64,000 nt of DNA from Trichoplax adhaerens. Lineage: Eukaryota; Animalia; Placozoa. Shown one piece after another: positions 1 to 15,000 of the stretch. How positions within the stretch are numbered: position 1 is the stretch's first letter; each line of letters starts with the position of its first letter. Both the position numbers and the translations under genes were made by a program. Where the stretch lies: positions 5,910,008 through 5,974,007 of the forward strand of contig NW_002060943.1 in the NCBI RefSeq assembly GCF_000150275.1, written 5' to 3'. Below the pieces are notes generated by a model, which was given only the letters and a program-made list of their open reading frames with translations, was not told the origin of the DNA and ran no database searches.

Positions 1-20
1 ATGAAAAATAATCTTATTAC

Positions 21-3000
21 CAGAAGCATATTCCCTCCAGGTTGCCTAAACACTCGAGCAGCACGCACAATATGTTGAATACACTCGTTAAAAAATATAA
101 TTTGATTTTCCTAAACCATGATTAGTGACAAGAGAAAAGTTTAGCAATAAATTCAACTTATTATACTTGATAAAAACTACATTTTGATTTTCTATACAAT
201 TCGTTGTGACAAGAAAAAGTTTAGCACCAATTCTCTAGTACTTATTACACTCGTTAAAAGCTAGTTTGATTTTCTGAAACCATTATTAGTAACAAGAGAA
301 AAGTTTAACGATAAATTCTACTAATTGCACTCTTTATAAGCTATAGTTTGATTTTCCTATTCGATTACTAGAGCAAGAGAAAAGTTTAGTAACAAATTCT
401 ACTTGTTATATTATAAATTATGATTTGATTTTCCTAAATAGCGCTTAATGATAAGAGAATGGTATAGCAATAAATTCCACTATTTTATTCGTTAAAAGCT
501 ATGATTTGATTTTCCTAGGTGATTATTGGTGAGAAAAGAAAAGTTTAGTAATAAATCCTACTGTATTTGTTACACTCGTTAATTAAAAACTATAGTTTGA
601 TTTTCCCAAACAATTATTAGCAATAACGGAAAAGTTTAGCAATAGAATTCTACGTGTTATACTCGTTATTAACTGTAGTTTCACTTTTCTACACAATTAT
701 AGGTGACAAAAGAATAGTTTAGCAAAATACTAAAATTTAAACGTAGTGAAATATGGCTACTTGAACTGAATGCTATACTATTTTAATGTCGTAGCATATG
801 CATTGAGTTACATTGTTTTAGCCATTACTCTAATTCACCTTTCCGGTAGAATTTTTGTATCGATTGTTAAAGTCCACCAGAATATCAGTCAACGACCGAA
901 AATCGCTCACTGGTTTATAAACTCTGTCTAATGAATGAGACTTTTCATCGCTGAAATCACAAAATACAAGCGTGTTCCTTTGTAATTGATTCCCTTCAAC
1001 ACTGGCCTAGAAGAACAGACGAATATCGGTTTAAGTAGTACACCTAATCGACTTTGCAAGTCTTTAAAATATCAGTAGGATATATTTACAAGCTCACGAT
1101 AAACGAAACTGTAATCGTTTATAACTGTAGACGCCATCTACAGTAAATAAAATGATCAAACGATGATGCAATTGTTATGGTAAAAATCAAACGATGATGC
1201 AATTGTAATGGTAAAAATCCTAGCAAGTACCTTGAAATAATCATGTAAACTGTTTGAAACAATTTTATAAAATTGCTTCCGGTCGTCTTGATCCACTAAG
1301 CGATCATAGAACACACGACTGACTTCATGAATGAGTAAATCGATATAATTTTGCTTTGTTACGATCGATAAAGGATCGGCTTGAGTAAGTCCTTGAATAA
1401 CCTATTGCAAAAACATCAATTTATTCTTCGAGGAATAAAATACATCCATGAAACAGTACCGTGTATAAAATTGGTGTGAATTTTACTCATTACCAGCTAC
1501 ACTACCCACAAATATAGTAACCAGCAATATCAAGTTTGTGCAGTACCTGAGCAAGATTTCTAACATTGAAGGTATAGTGTGGCTTTGATGGAGTAGGAAG
1601 CATCACTTTGTCAATTTTACGATAAATAGCAATGGCTGATGAGACAAGTGGTGCCATACAATCTCTCACTTCCGCAGTAAACTCATTTTTAGTTAAAAAT
1701 TGTCCTAACTGAGACTGGAAAATATGCCGTAATGACTTATCGGAAGGCTTGGATATACATAATACGCTGAAAAAAACATAATCAGAGTAATTAATCCACT
1801 TGTTAGCTTTAAATAGAACACTTTATGTGGCAAATAGTACCAAAAATGGCGTAAAATTCTCTCATTGAGTTGACTTCGGCTGCCTTCGGGCGGTGCACAT
1901 GCAGCAACGAATGCGACATCATAGATAGTCTATCATATTTAAAAGTACCACACGCTGAAATTAATCTATCCTTAATAAGCTTCTTTTATTATAGTATCTA
2001 GAAAATTGTTCCTTACCTTCCATGAGTAGCTTTTAACGTCATAAAATCCACCACTGTCAATATTTTGACGTAATACTTCCAAGGCGGGCTGAGAATGAAA
2101 CTGATCTCGTTGCGGTAAATTAATGTCGTCTACGAATATTGTCATCTATCACGGACAAATTAAACTCGTTAAACTTTTACCATGGCAATATTCTGCACCC
2201 TTGGGTGCTTTGCATATTATTATGGTTGATCAACTGTTTTACCTTTTTATTACCAGGAGCACCTAAAATATTTTTACCACGTTTTACGAGAACGCTTTGT
2301 AATTGCTGTCTAGCTTTGGACGCTGTCGTATTGGCAGCAAATTGTATTGCAGCGGAGGCCATTTCTGTGCTATAAAGATCTTTTTCTAGGCATAAAATAA
2401 ATTAAAAGTGCCCAACAAAGAAATGATGTCTCAATGAGTATCACAATTTCGAGTAAACAATGTCTAACATTAAATTCGTATCGATATTAACTTACCTTCG
2501 CTTTGAACACCCTTAGATTTACCACCCCAAGGATTATCCCCTGTGGCTCTGGCCTTATTGAATATTTTTCCTAAAATGGTATCTTTCCCAAAACCTGTTC
2601 CGTGTTGTTTCTCTAAGCATTTCAGTGTATCTTTTACTAAAGCAGATTTACCAATTCCAGACTCCCCTACACATATCAAAATTGGTTAATTTTCTAACTT
2701 TAATCTTATATTCAAGTATTACACCATATTATTACGGTACTAGTCTTTGCTTTACTAACAGCAGAATTAATATGGAAACAAGTTAGACTAGCAGAAACGA
2801 TCAATAAAGTGCCAAATTTGTCGATTGAAGGATTAATCTGTAGGCTAGCACAGACAGCTGAACATGTTCTATCACTGTTAAAGCCACGAATAGAAGACTT
2901 GTAAATGTGTAAACGATCGATATTGATATTGCTACAGTAATGTTTGGCAAGTGTAAGAAAAGGTAGATTGTAACTTCTGCCAACACAAGTGAAATTATAT

Positions 3001-6000
3001 TATACAGTTAAAATATGAAGAATTATTTGATTAGCTATTTAAGTAACGACGTATAACGGTTGCGATGGATTCATCGTGCGCGAAATAGTTACTGCATATG
3101 AAGAGTAAAAGTAATTCTAAGGTAATAAATCAAGCGCTTAACATAACATTTTAAAGCAAACTTTGGCCATAAATGAGATTTTTATAAAAGAAATCGAGAA
3201 ACTATTAATATTAGGTTTTTGGTAATAATTTTCGTGTTTCTTACCTGTTACTAGAACATGTCTTCCTTGGCAAAGTAACAGGGCCATAAGAAACGAATAT
3301 CGAACTGTATCGATGGTAGGTATTAACTTGCGATTGTTTAAAGCAGGTAAAATTTGAGTATATTTGGATATATTGCTAGAAACATTGTCTAGTATATGCT
3401 TTAATCGATCCGAATGATTTGTTTCATCATAACGGTTCACAATTTCTTTCGTTGGGGAAATTAATGTATCAAAAGACGTAAAATTACCAGTTTGCATATC
3501 AATATAATATGAAAAAATAGAGTGCTTAGAATTTGGAAGTTGTACTGCTAGCGGCGGCTCAAGATTAAATAGCTCGTGAACAAATGCATTAAATGCAACT
3601 CTAGCATTAACAGTACGGTCAATGTCGTAACTTTCTGCGTCAGGATCATCATCATAATCACATTCGCCTTCAAGCGATCCACCGAAAGCCCAAGTAAAGG
3701 CAAAAACGTATATTTTGCCCATTAAAGGTAGAAGCATACCCGGTTGCCTTTGCAGAAAAGACTGATGTTGTATTTTAGAGAGTAATGTTTTAGCTCGCAA
3801 TTGAGTGATACTACCGGGGCGAGCAGTTGATAATCGACTATAGCTGCTGTAATTATTAATAGTATCTAACGATGATACACTCCCAATGGCGGTAGCTTCA
3901 TCTTCGGCAGAGCTAGAACGGTGGCCAAACCCCCCATGAGTATCCAGATACACTAGAAATATTTGGATAATGCTACACAGCGTAGAAATAACGCTTAAAA
4001 GTGGTACTTTAAGGTATTGATATTTGGAATAGATATCCAAGAAAGCAAATCCACGGTCGACAGATGCATCAAATAATTGTAATATTAGATCGCTGGCCAT
4101 ATCTGGAAGCTAAATTTCAAATTAAAATAACATCAATAAATTCGGATGGAATCTCAGAACGTACTACCTTCATAAGAGAAGATAAGTAAATACAAAATGA
4201 TTCAGTTAACTTATGCCATAATGACATACAGCCTTGGGAACTGTTCCTATCCAATGCCGCACATAAGGTCTCCATCCTAGCTCCTTAGGGTCCATATAAA
4301 CCATACCGCATCGGCTGACTGTAGCCGGAGAAGCCTGTTTTAAATCGCTTGCTTCAAATAACAGTCTCATTCCATCACCTAATAGAATAGTAGATATTAT
4401 ATTGAACGCTAAACTTATTAAATGCATTAAAATCGAACTAAAATCGTTTCTTTCTCATGCCATCATCCAATTAAAAAGTTGATAATTAATGCATGCAATA
4501 TCAAATCTAACTAAAATCGTTTCTTTATCATTCCATCACCTAATTGAATAGTAGCTATTGCATGCAATATCAAATTTTAATGCATTAAAATTTAACTGAA
4601 AATCGTTTTATGTAGAAATCACATGAAACAACAAACTTAATTATTGTATTGAAATCTGACTAAAAATCGTTCCTTTCATACTTAGTCCAATTCTTTCTCC
4701 ATTTGCCAAGCATAACATTTTCGTATCATCCAAAACTGTGTTAAGATTTTCAATCCATAAAGGATCTACAGGACCATCTAATACAATCCATCGCCACATT
4801 TTAAATTCTATCGGTTCAACATTTGCCTCGACTTCAACTTGCTCATTTTCTTCAATAATAGGCTGTTCATCATTTTCTGTCTCTTCTTCTTCTTCTTGCG
4901 ATGAATTAGTCTGATCTAAATGTACAAAAATACATGGCAGTTTCGTCAATTAATTGCAGTTGTTAATATTACCATTCGATATTTTATGTATGCCATGCTT
5001 GACAAGTATTACTTTCTACATCATCTTCAGCTGTAGTGTCTGGTTCATCATGTGGAGAATTCATCCTTGTTATCACACCTGGTGATATTCCATAAATGAC
5101 TGGATCCGCAGGAGCTGCTTCTTTTGCATATCGGCGAGTAATGTGAGCTAAAATGCCATCAGTCCATTCCATAGTGTTATCATCAATTGCACCATACAAT
5201 TCGCCAAGGCTAACGCATTTCGGATTTAGACGCGTTATTTGAACATTAGGTCGCCTACCAAAAGTACCCTAAAATAATTTTAAAAAATAATGACCGTCTA
5301 GAAAAATCTTCGAATGTTATAACCTCCCTAATAATTATATATATATATATATATATTGGATATTATAGGTTGCAACAAAATACAGGTAATGAATAAATCA
5401 TTGACATGTCCGGATACTAAAATTAGCACTTGTAACCTATTTGTAGTGTACAAAAACTTAGTAATATGAGCTTAGTATAATTATACGTTAAAAAGTTTAT
5501 CACTACATTATAACATATTAAGCTTGCAAAACATACCCCCTCGATCTCTGCCGCAACTTCTTCGTCATCAATTTTGCCATTCTCTTCTAGATAGCGACGA
5601 ATGATAGGAAGATAAAATAACGCCTTCGCTAATATAGTATACGCTACCGATTTGCCACCGCCAGTAGGTCCAATAATCATGACACCATGGCGTACTAAAA
5701 GTGTTTCATACAACTGCGATATTTTTCTTATTTGGCCTATGTCTTGAACTAGAAAATCTTCCCTCATAGCAACACATATGCCATACTAAAATAGATTATA
5801 ACCAAGAATTTCAAGGCACTTTTTTTAATATCCCGTAGCGTTAAAGGGCAAAAGTTGTTATCGCAGTACTTCGAATTTAAAATCATCAGATTCTATAGAT
5901 TAAATTTTTACTTGGTTATTACCTGTAAAGCGCGATCTGTCAACGTAATAGACCTAATATTAGGAAAGACATCATCCATGATCCTTTCAAAGATGACAAT

Positions 6001-9000
6001 GTCATCAACTATAAATTTAGGAAGATTGGCATTTTGAATGGCTTGAGCAAGAATTTCTAATTCATGTTGCTTCCGAGATATATTTTCTTCGTGCCTGTTG
6101 AATCAAGAAAATTATACGATTGGTTTATCTTATTCGTCCCTCGTATAGACCATCTTCAATATGCATTCTTCCAAGCGTACAACTTAAAATTTCTTAAACG
6201 AGTTTATGCGATACTATATTAACTTTATAAAATTTTTAATTCTTTGACATTACTTGCAGCTTCTCTTCAGCTGTGCAGCAGTAACTAAAACAGACTTTAT
6301 AGCTCTTAACCCGAAATCATAATGATCCTATTAAAAATCAAAACCACAATTTAACCACAACTGTTTGCACAATTTAAATAAAAAGGAGAGCTAACATTTT
6401 ATTCTTTCCTTACGCTATCTTCAATTTTACCTGTTGTGATAATTGCTTGCTGGCTAGTTGGTATAAATTAACTATTTTATACGATAATGCTGCGGCCTCC
6501 GTAAAGCCACCAGCAAATAGTATAATTTCTGCGATCATAGCATAATCAGGTATCATCATCGCTACAGGACGAAATAGAGACTTGACATTGTCTGGCAATT
6601 CAACCCTCCCCGCGTAGCTAAAAATCAGAATCATTTTTAACTTACAAACATCTTATTCCTTCTAACTTTAAGATAGCGAATTTATCTTAATCATTTCATT
6701 AATATAATATCACTAATTGCTATACAAACCCTGGATTCATAGTTATGAATACGCCACAAGATTTTATAAGTTTGATGTCATACCCTTCAAAAACGAATCT
6801 GTAGAAAATGAATAATAGAATATCTATAAATTACTTCTTCGACAAAGTTGCTATATATATTTACAGTAGTCAAGACCTTACTTGATTATATAATGTGAAA
6901 TTAATGATCTATCTATTTCCTTCCGTAAGGTACTGTACTAACCTAGTAGCCATTCTATCTTTAGCCGATTTAATGGTGTGCATTTGCTGCGCTACAACAG
7001 ATAATACTTCCACGTCGATTCTATTAAATTCATCAAAGCAGCACCAAGAACCTGACTGCGCTAATCCGGATAAAAATTTTCCGATGACCTGTATAAATAT
7101 CGATATCTTAATCTTTTTTTAAAAATTAGATATACTAGATGGACATATTGTGTCTTTTATGCACATATCCCATTGTAGTTATAGAATTATTTCATGGGGT
7201 GTGCTTAGAATTAAACTAGGTAATATGAAATTATACACATGGTCTATCGGCTTATATTACGTCTATACATACTTTAAAATCAACACCTTCGGAGCAGTTG
7301 AACGCAACACAGTACTTTCCCATTGCCTAAGTATATCAGGAAATTGATTAAATTATTCGCAAATACCTTACTAAATAAGTTAACATAATCAAAGAATCAG
7401 AATAACAGAATGCGATTAATTATAATAACATTATGCTCTTATAACGAAGATGCTATAAATACATTGGTACTTAAATTCTCTAATACCAGCTTATATGTGA
7501 ACTAGAAAGAGTCTTATACTCCATAACCTAATTAATTAATCTATAGGTGAATTAGAGTACATAAATATACCTTGGCTAAGTCTTTAATCGTCTCCGTTTT
7601 GCCAGTACCTGCTGGTCCAGCAGGAGATCCACCGAGATTTAGTTTTAAAGCTCCCGTCAACGTTAGATAACATCTATCTGTTAGTGGGGTAATGACAAGC
7701 CGGCTAGAGCATCCTAAATATTCATATCCATATTCGAAATGACTACCAGACTGGTTCACATCGCATGATTTATTAAGATCATCCCATTCGTAGCGTAGTT
7801 GTCTATCGTAGCAAGAAGGTATTAAATGGTTTAAAAAATACTAAATAATGTAAACACGTATATTGAATTAACTGAATTATAGAGTTCCAATTTACCTATC
7901 CCACTCGAAATCATCAGGGTTACTCACTTCAGAGTCGATTAATTTAGCAACAATATCACGATTATGCACGCTAATTGTCATCAACGCAACCAAACTCTCA
8001 TATTTGTGTAAAGGCAAGGGTCGATGAGCTAAGTCGGCTTGTCTGTTTAAATCACTAATCAAATCTTCACGAATCTTCTTTAAGGAATTTCCATGGTTTT
8101 TTTCCAGTAAAGATGACGTAACATGCTTGCAAAACATGATTTGTGTCTGTAAAGTTTGAAATAGCAGCGTTAGCGATCTATCTAAAAGACAATTCGTAAT
8201 ATAGCGCTGTAGGTTGGCTCAAATATCAGTCCGACCATATAGTAATACAATTATCCGCAATCTTATGCTTCATTATTTAAATTCGCATCAAGTTACAGTG
8301 CACCTTACACCCAAATAGTAATTATAAAGAAATTCATAAAGTAGTTACCATAGAATGTCTAGTAAGACTGTGCCTACACGCACTCATACACGTAAACTAT
8401 CATTTTATCATATTTCCAACTAACGTAATAAATGCTAAAGGCTGGATAGCAAGCTGTATATTTTGTAGCAATATAGTAGCTGGAGTACATATAGGGAATC
8501 ATGGTACTGATATAAGTTTACTATACTTTATAAGAAAATTTGTTTTAAGTTTCAGACAGCTTTAACAGAATTTAAATAAAGCTTTCATGAATATGCAATG
8601 GCTAAGGATTGGCTAGATAGTACGTTGCATATTACTGGTGTTCTGATGATATCTTTACGATATACCTATATATTGTTTATTACTGTAATCAAGAAGACTT
8701 ACAGTAGTGAGAATAATTTGGCCAAAATTTTTCTCAAACCATGCTGTTTTCTCAAGATTATTCCAAGTCCTGATACCATCGTTCAATTCCCTAGAAATAA
8801 TGACTCTCCATTAATAATGATATATATGCCATGATAAGGAAAAACTATCCAGTATTCCTTCATTCTAATCTAATTTAGACTAAAGTGACTAGATGTAGCA
8901 AGTTTACATTCGAAGGGTATCAAACATCGCCGTTTCAATTGAAGCAAGCCAATTCTCAACATTTCCAACGGTTGCTATAGATCTACAATTTTAAGAAATA

Positions 9001-12000
9001 TATTTTTGCCAGCTTAATGCGCTTACTAAGTATTATTAAATAAGACAAAAACATTCGTACTTTATCAATTTAACAGTCTCGTATTCCGAAGATATCATAG
9101 CGATTATTGATACTGAACCAATGTCAGCTTCTTTATCCAGCATAAGTTGCTTAACGTTGCTAAAGCATTTCGATAAGTGAGGCTAACAAGAAGAATAATT
9201 AAAACATTACAAACAACAAATAAATAATCCGTTTGTTTTTATTTTAATTTTAAATAACATATTCATATTAAATACCTGAATAGCTTTGGGATTTTTGGAA
9301 TTGGATATAACGTCCAACAACTCTTCATTACTTAAAAAGTAAAATCTTGGACAGACAAGGCGTTTCGTTTCAAGATAATCCTGAGAATAATAATTCTAAT
9401 CTTTAGTAAATTGCAGATCCTAAATTAAGTTTTACATACCATGCTTCAAGTCTATTCTATTAATACTTTTTATAATCCATTTATACATTTTACAACTCAT
9501 TTTAACTTAGTTGCCTGCATTTATAAAATTATAATCATTGTACCCAATACTCTAAGATTTATAAGACTAGAATATGAAATGATAGTTCAAATTTTAACTA
9601 AGGCTAATAAATTTATCGTAAACCACTGTAAATGTCTAATCTACGGTAGTACTATTCTACATTTTCTTCTATAGTAATATCTTTGTTACATCGATTTAAT
9701 TACACATATTTTGTCTAAGTATATTACTGCAAACCAATATAAATCACCTCTAAACATTTAAAGATCTTATCCAAGTGCGAATGACCAGCTTGAAGTATTT
9801 CTAGTACACCTAATAAGAAATGATCACGTTAGTGTCTAATTTAACTTTAGATTATAAGATCGCGTTATAAACTGATCTTAGCTACAATTAGATATTAGAC
9901 TACGAAATTGCGTTAAGCAAAACTAATCTCAGCGCAATTTAGTACAGTACCCGCAGCTGTTGCTGATCTCATTGCATTTGGCCTTTCGTGGGTATGTCGC
10001 ATGATATCACGCCATGACTTATCAACTTGGGAGAACAATTTATTCTCAACTGGTAATTGCCTATGGCCAATTCAGAATTGAATTAAACAGACTTTATAGC
10101 ACTATGCATTTGATATCAAATATGAACCTTTCAGAATTAAGATATAAAATAATTTACTACCGTTGTATATCGGCGGTTGCAAAAATATTTTCCAGATATA
10201 GCCATTTCCTTTGACAGATTAACCATTCTTCAAATGTTTCAGTAAATATATCTAATTTTTTATCCCACTCTTCCATAGTATTCTATCAGAAATCAATAGT
10301 AAAATCTTAAATCAGAAAAGATCAGAAGTCTTCTAAAATTGAGCAGGAAAAAAAATTTCTACCTTAATAGGCTCGACATATCGAGAACCCTTAATAGTAG
10401 CCAACGTGACTTGACTTTCATCTAACAAAGTAAAGATATCATCGGCAGCACCAATAATAAAAGTCCCATTCGTATGAGGAACCAATGTAAAATCGGTACT
10501 TAACCAGGAATCAATCATCTAGCCACAAGCAACAATTCATGGAATGAAAGCGTTAAATAACTGAATGGACTCTCTTGCTTAATGTCAGTTCATCGCAAAA
10601 TGAATACTCATGATTATAAATATTGATTGTACCGCTGTATATACCTTATGTAACATAGATTCAAGAATGCTTTCATTAACGGCTTGGGTTGATACATCAA
10701 TAATTTCATCTCGATGATCCATGATCTTCAATTAAAACATAAATATTATATTAATATATACAATCTAAATTGCATTTTGTATGAAATATTAGTGATATTA
10801 AATAATAACATTTTAAACAAGGTTTTAAATTCAAGAATATAATCATCTGTCTAGACTTAGATACAACCTGTAGTGTAAGCAACTCCCCAAGCGTAAACCC
10901 TTTCGTTCTAATTTGTGGTCCTAGAATACGTTGTATAGTAGTCCAATGCCGCTGTTTTAGCGATTCATTTTTCAAACTAGATATAATCGGCATGACTTCC
11001 CGAAATCGTAACACTTTTTCTTTTAAAGTCGGTAAAATATTATTGACAGGTAAACCTATATGAATTAAGAAATAATATTGAAATTTTTGAAATGCGTCAA
11101 ATTACTTTATGCTAAATTCTTTATATCCATGATTAAGTGAGCATATACCGATTTCAGCCGCATTTATCATATTATAACACTAATTTTGCATTGACATTCA
11201 CCTTTGTCTAATAAAAAGACAGTTTGCGCAAAGCGATTTACAGTTTTCTGCAGTCCTTCAACGTCGAGAGACTCGAGTTCACTCTTAATTAATTGAACAT
11301 ATAATTTATCCCACTCATCCATCGATTCCCAAAGCATGCGACGAAGGGATAAATCACGTTGAACTTCGCCAATTTCACTCTGTAATGACAACGCGCTATT
11401 CACGGTAGTACTACCATCAATGATACCTTGCCTAAAATTGGATAAATGCAACGCAGCCAAGATGGTTAAAAATTGGCTAAATACTAGATTGATAGTATTA
11501 TACGTATTGATGATGCTTAAGCAAGTACTATACATAATCCAAGAAATTGTAGCTTACGCATATATAAGGATAAATAATCATAAATACTGGATTACAGCAA
11601 TAACCAACGGTAATAGAAATTAGAACTTACTCAAGTAACGCTCTTCTCTTTGTAGCAGCTGATAGAGCTGCACCAAATTGATCTTGATATGAAGAATAGT
11701 CATGAGCCTTTTCAACTAGAGCATCAACGCGATCAGTCAGTTCGTGAATTTTTCCTAATGCAACAATACTAATGGTATCAGCGTCCAGTAATAATGATAC
11801 TCGAATATCCTGTTTTAAGACATAGAGTTGTTGCTTTAAATCATCGACCAAATATTCAAGATCATTGGTGAACTTTTGAATGTTTTCATCTCGTTTAGCT
11901 TCACATTGTATTATGACAGACTGCATGAAGAGAAACGATATTACCATTACAACATCATACCAACAATTTTACATTCTCTTTAAAATTTAATAAATATTAT

Positions 12001-15000
12001 TACTTTTAGATGGGTAAACGTCGGCATTAATGTTTGGTACAATGCTAATTCTTCGCCTTCCATGACAATATCGAAATCTCGAATTAGGGTAAATAGCTTT
12101 GTAACCACAGTGAATTCCTTTTCTAGAGATGGTAATTGTCGTAGCATCAATGCTAAGAATGATAAATGCTCGACAAATTCTTCTACCGATTCTGGATATT
12201 TATCTAATTTTTTGGAAGCAGTCTGCAATAATTGGCAGTTGAAAAAAGTTAAAACATGTCATAAGCTATAAACTTTTTATTTAGTAGGGATATCTATCCA
12301 TTTATAAATCGATACCATTTAGCAATAAGGTGCCAACGGCTAATTATACAAAAATGATACCCTTAATACCTTAATTGTTGTTATGAGTTCGGTGTTCTTC
12401 TTGCTTGCAATTGTTGGTAAATGTTGATAAATATCTTTAAGAATTTTTTCCGGAAATGGCAGAATCGTATTTCGAAATAAAGTAGTATCCACTTCTAGAA
12501 GACCAAGACGATATGACCGAATAATGGACTTCATCGAAGATACCTGAAGGTAAGGTTATTACTAACTCAGTATAATCGCTAACTATAAAAGCTGTAGCAT
12601 GGTTGCAATAGATATCTTGCCAAGGGGCTACAAAAACTGGCTAAAATTTATTTTGAGTACAACTGCTACAGAAAATGCAATACTAAATTCTCAAGATAGA
12701 TAGATTTGCATATTAATGAAAGTGTTCTGTGTCTATGCGTACGTTAACCTTACTTCCTAATGAATAAGCAGTAAATTTACCCTTGTGAAATGCAGGAAAT
12801 AACTAGAACAATATGTAATTACAGAAAGTACACATCAAATACCATATACGTAGTAGGTAAATCATGTCATATGGCTTCTTGACTGCCTACTTATGTTATT
12901 ATATCTGCATCCAGCTTATTGAGATATAATACAGCATAGTAGATGGTATATGTCATGCAAAGTGTTGAGTTAGCATACTGCAAATTTGTCGCAAATATCG
13001 ATTACACCAAGCGGAAAATTAAGAAATACTCCAACCGAAAATTCCAATTCTGAATGATTATATTATAATACGCAGAATGATATTTATTCAGAATTTTTTT
13101 TATCGATTTTTTAATGCAAAGATACCTGTTCTGTATGCTGTTGTAAGATCTCTTGAAATTCATCTGTTGACCATTCATGCTGCGCCATGGAATTATTAAC
13201 ATCAATTTGACCACAGGAATCGACCATTTCACAAAAATGATCATATTCCTAAAAGACGTTCAAGAAGAGAACTTAAACAGATCAGCTCCACCATAAGCAC
13301 GATAATTATGCGAGTAGCATAAATTTCTTCGAATCTCAGTATCGTAATTTAATTGCTTTAAGGTTTACTATTCATAGTACCTTACAATACATGGCAACAT
13401 CTTCAATAGCTTCTTTTAGTAATACAAAAATTTTACGCAATGACGCATTATAAATATTGTCATCGCCGAAAATAAAATGGATATCAGGCCAAGGGTATCG
13501 TTTTTCAGTATCGGATTGACCTTCATCTATTTTAATATTGTAATTAGTATTGATATCAAATTTACTGTTATATACCCAAGTAAGAGTTAAATTTAAAAAT
13601 TACTCTTCTTTCTGCATCAATATTAACATTAAATCAATTTTAATATACAGCTGCTACACTTTGACGTACTTTTGTCAATAGATAATTTAATGTAATACTT
13701 TTCGGTCGACCAATATTTATGTAGACAAGCTTGCTTTAATAAGGAGGGGAGATGGAGGACGCATTTTTCAATGTTCCCAATAATATCCTGCATTTTTTGT
13801 CGAAAATCTTGTCTGTCAGGTTGAAAAGCTATTATAGAACCATCCTAGATAGTAAATTAAAGCGGATAGTATTAGCATCGGAGAAATCTGATAATATATA
13901 AACTGTAGCTAATACTACTTGAAATCAATTATTTAATAAAATAATAGTAAGTGAGATGTAATCAAAATATAGATATAAATCCCTCCTTCTTCTATATAAG
14001 GACGACTTACTGTAACATCTTCTTCGTCCTCAGTTAAATGATCGAATGCTAACGGTTCCATAATAATCTGATTAGGATATTGATATGTAACCGGCGCAGC
14101 AGTAAATGCTACCGATTTCTTGCGACCTTTATGATTGCTTGGCTGATCATTCATGCCTACAATGATAGACTTTCGTGGAGCATTTAATCGGTTAGTCCTG
14201 GTACCTTGCAACGACTCCACACTTGTCCTTTTCTGTTGGAGCAGTTCTACATTAGTTCGTGGATACTGATTTAGCTCGATACTTGATCGTTTACTGTGTG
14301 AAGCAATTTCACCACTAGATCGCTTATTTGGTGAGAGCTGGATGCTTGTCCGTTGACGACGTGGTGATGCTAACTCATTGGAGTGGATCTTACGATACTG
14401 TGAATAATCCACACTCGAACGCTTGTAGAGGGATGTTTCCAGACTTTTCCGTTTGCCATAGGACATCTCAATACTTTTACCTTTAGAACGAGCCAGTGAT
14501 GATGTTCCTTTAGTTGAGCTTCCGTTATTACCATCTTTTTCAGGTAAAATAATCACTAAATCCAGCTTAAGTAAGGCCTTAGCGCCGTCGTTGATAACAT
14601 TATGCTTTTCAGTGCCTAATAATAGATCGTTCTCATTTTTAATTAAACGTGATCTCCATTTCGTTTTCTTTCTCATATCGCTAAGATATTTGACAGCCCA
14701 TTCTTTTTGATCGCTGTCTACATTAGCACATGCAACAAATTCAGCTAGCAGTAGGCGCATAGCAACAATAACAATTCGACGCGATAGTTCAAGTATTAAG
14801 TAATCAATATATTTGAGAAAGCTACGTAAACGATCTAAAACAGCTCGCCATCGTACTATGGCTGCATGATCTAAGGATTTCTTCTTCTGTTGACTTGAAC
14901 CGGATCGAATTTCTGCATCTGCAAGAGTCAGCGATAGGAAATTTACTTTTTTAACTTAACATGCAATACAGGATAATAAAAGATAGCGTATCTTCAATAA

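Noticed and set aside
5336-5356. (AT)n microsatellites here and near 42497 and 58766
   Set aside because: Ordinary short dinucleotide runs in an AT-rich genome.
2139-12271. Plus-strand ORFs (2139, 5855, 6895, 7150, 8598, 9441, 10014, 11420, 12062)
   Set aside because: Antisense shadows of dynein exons or AT-rich intron ORFs with no independent coding signal.
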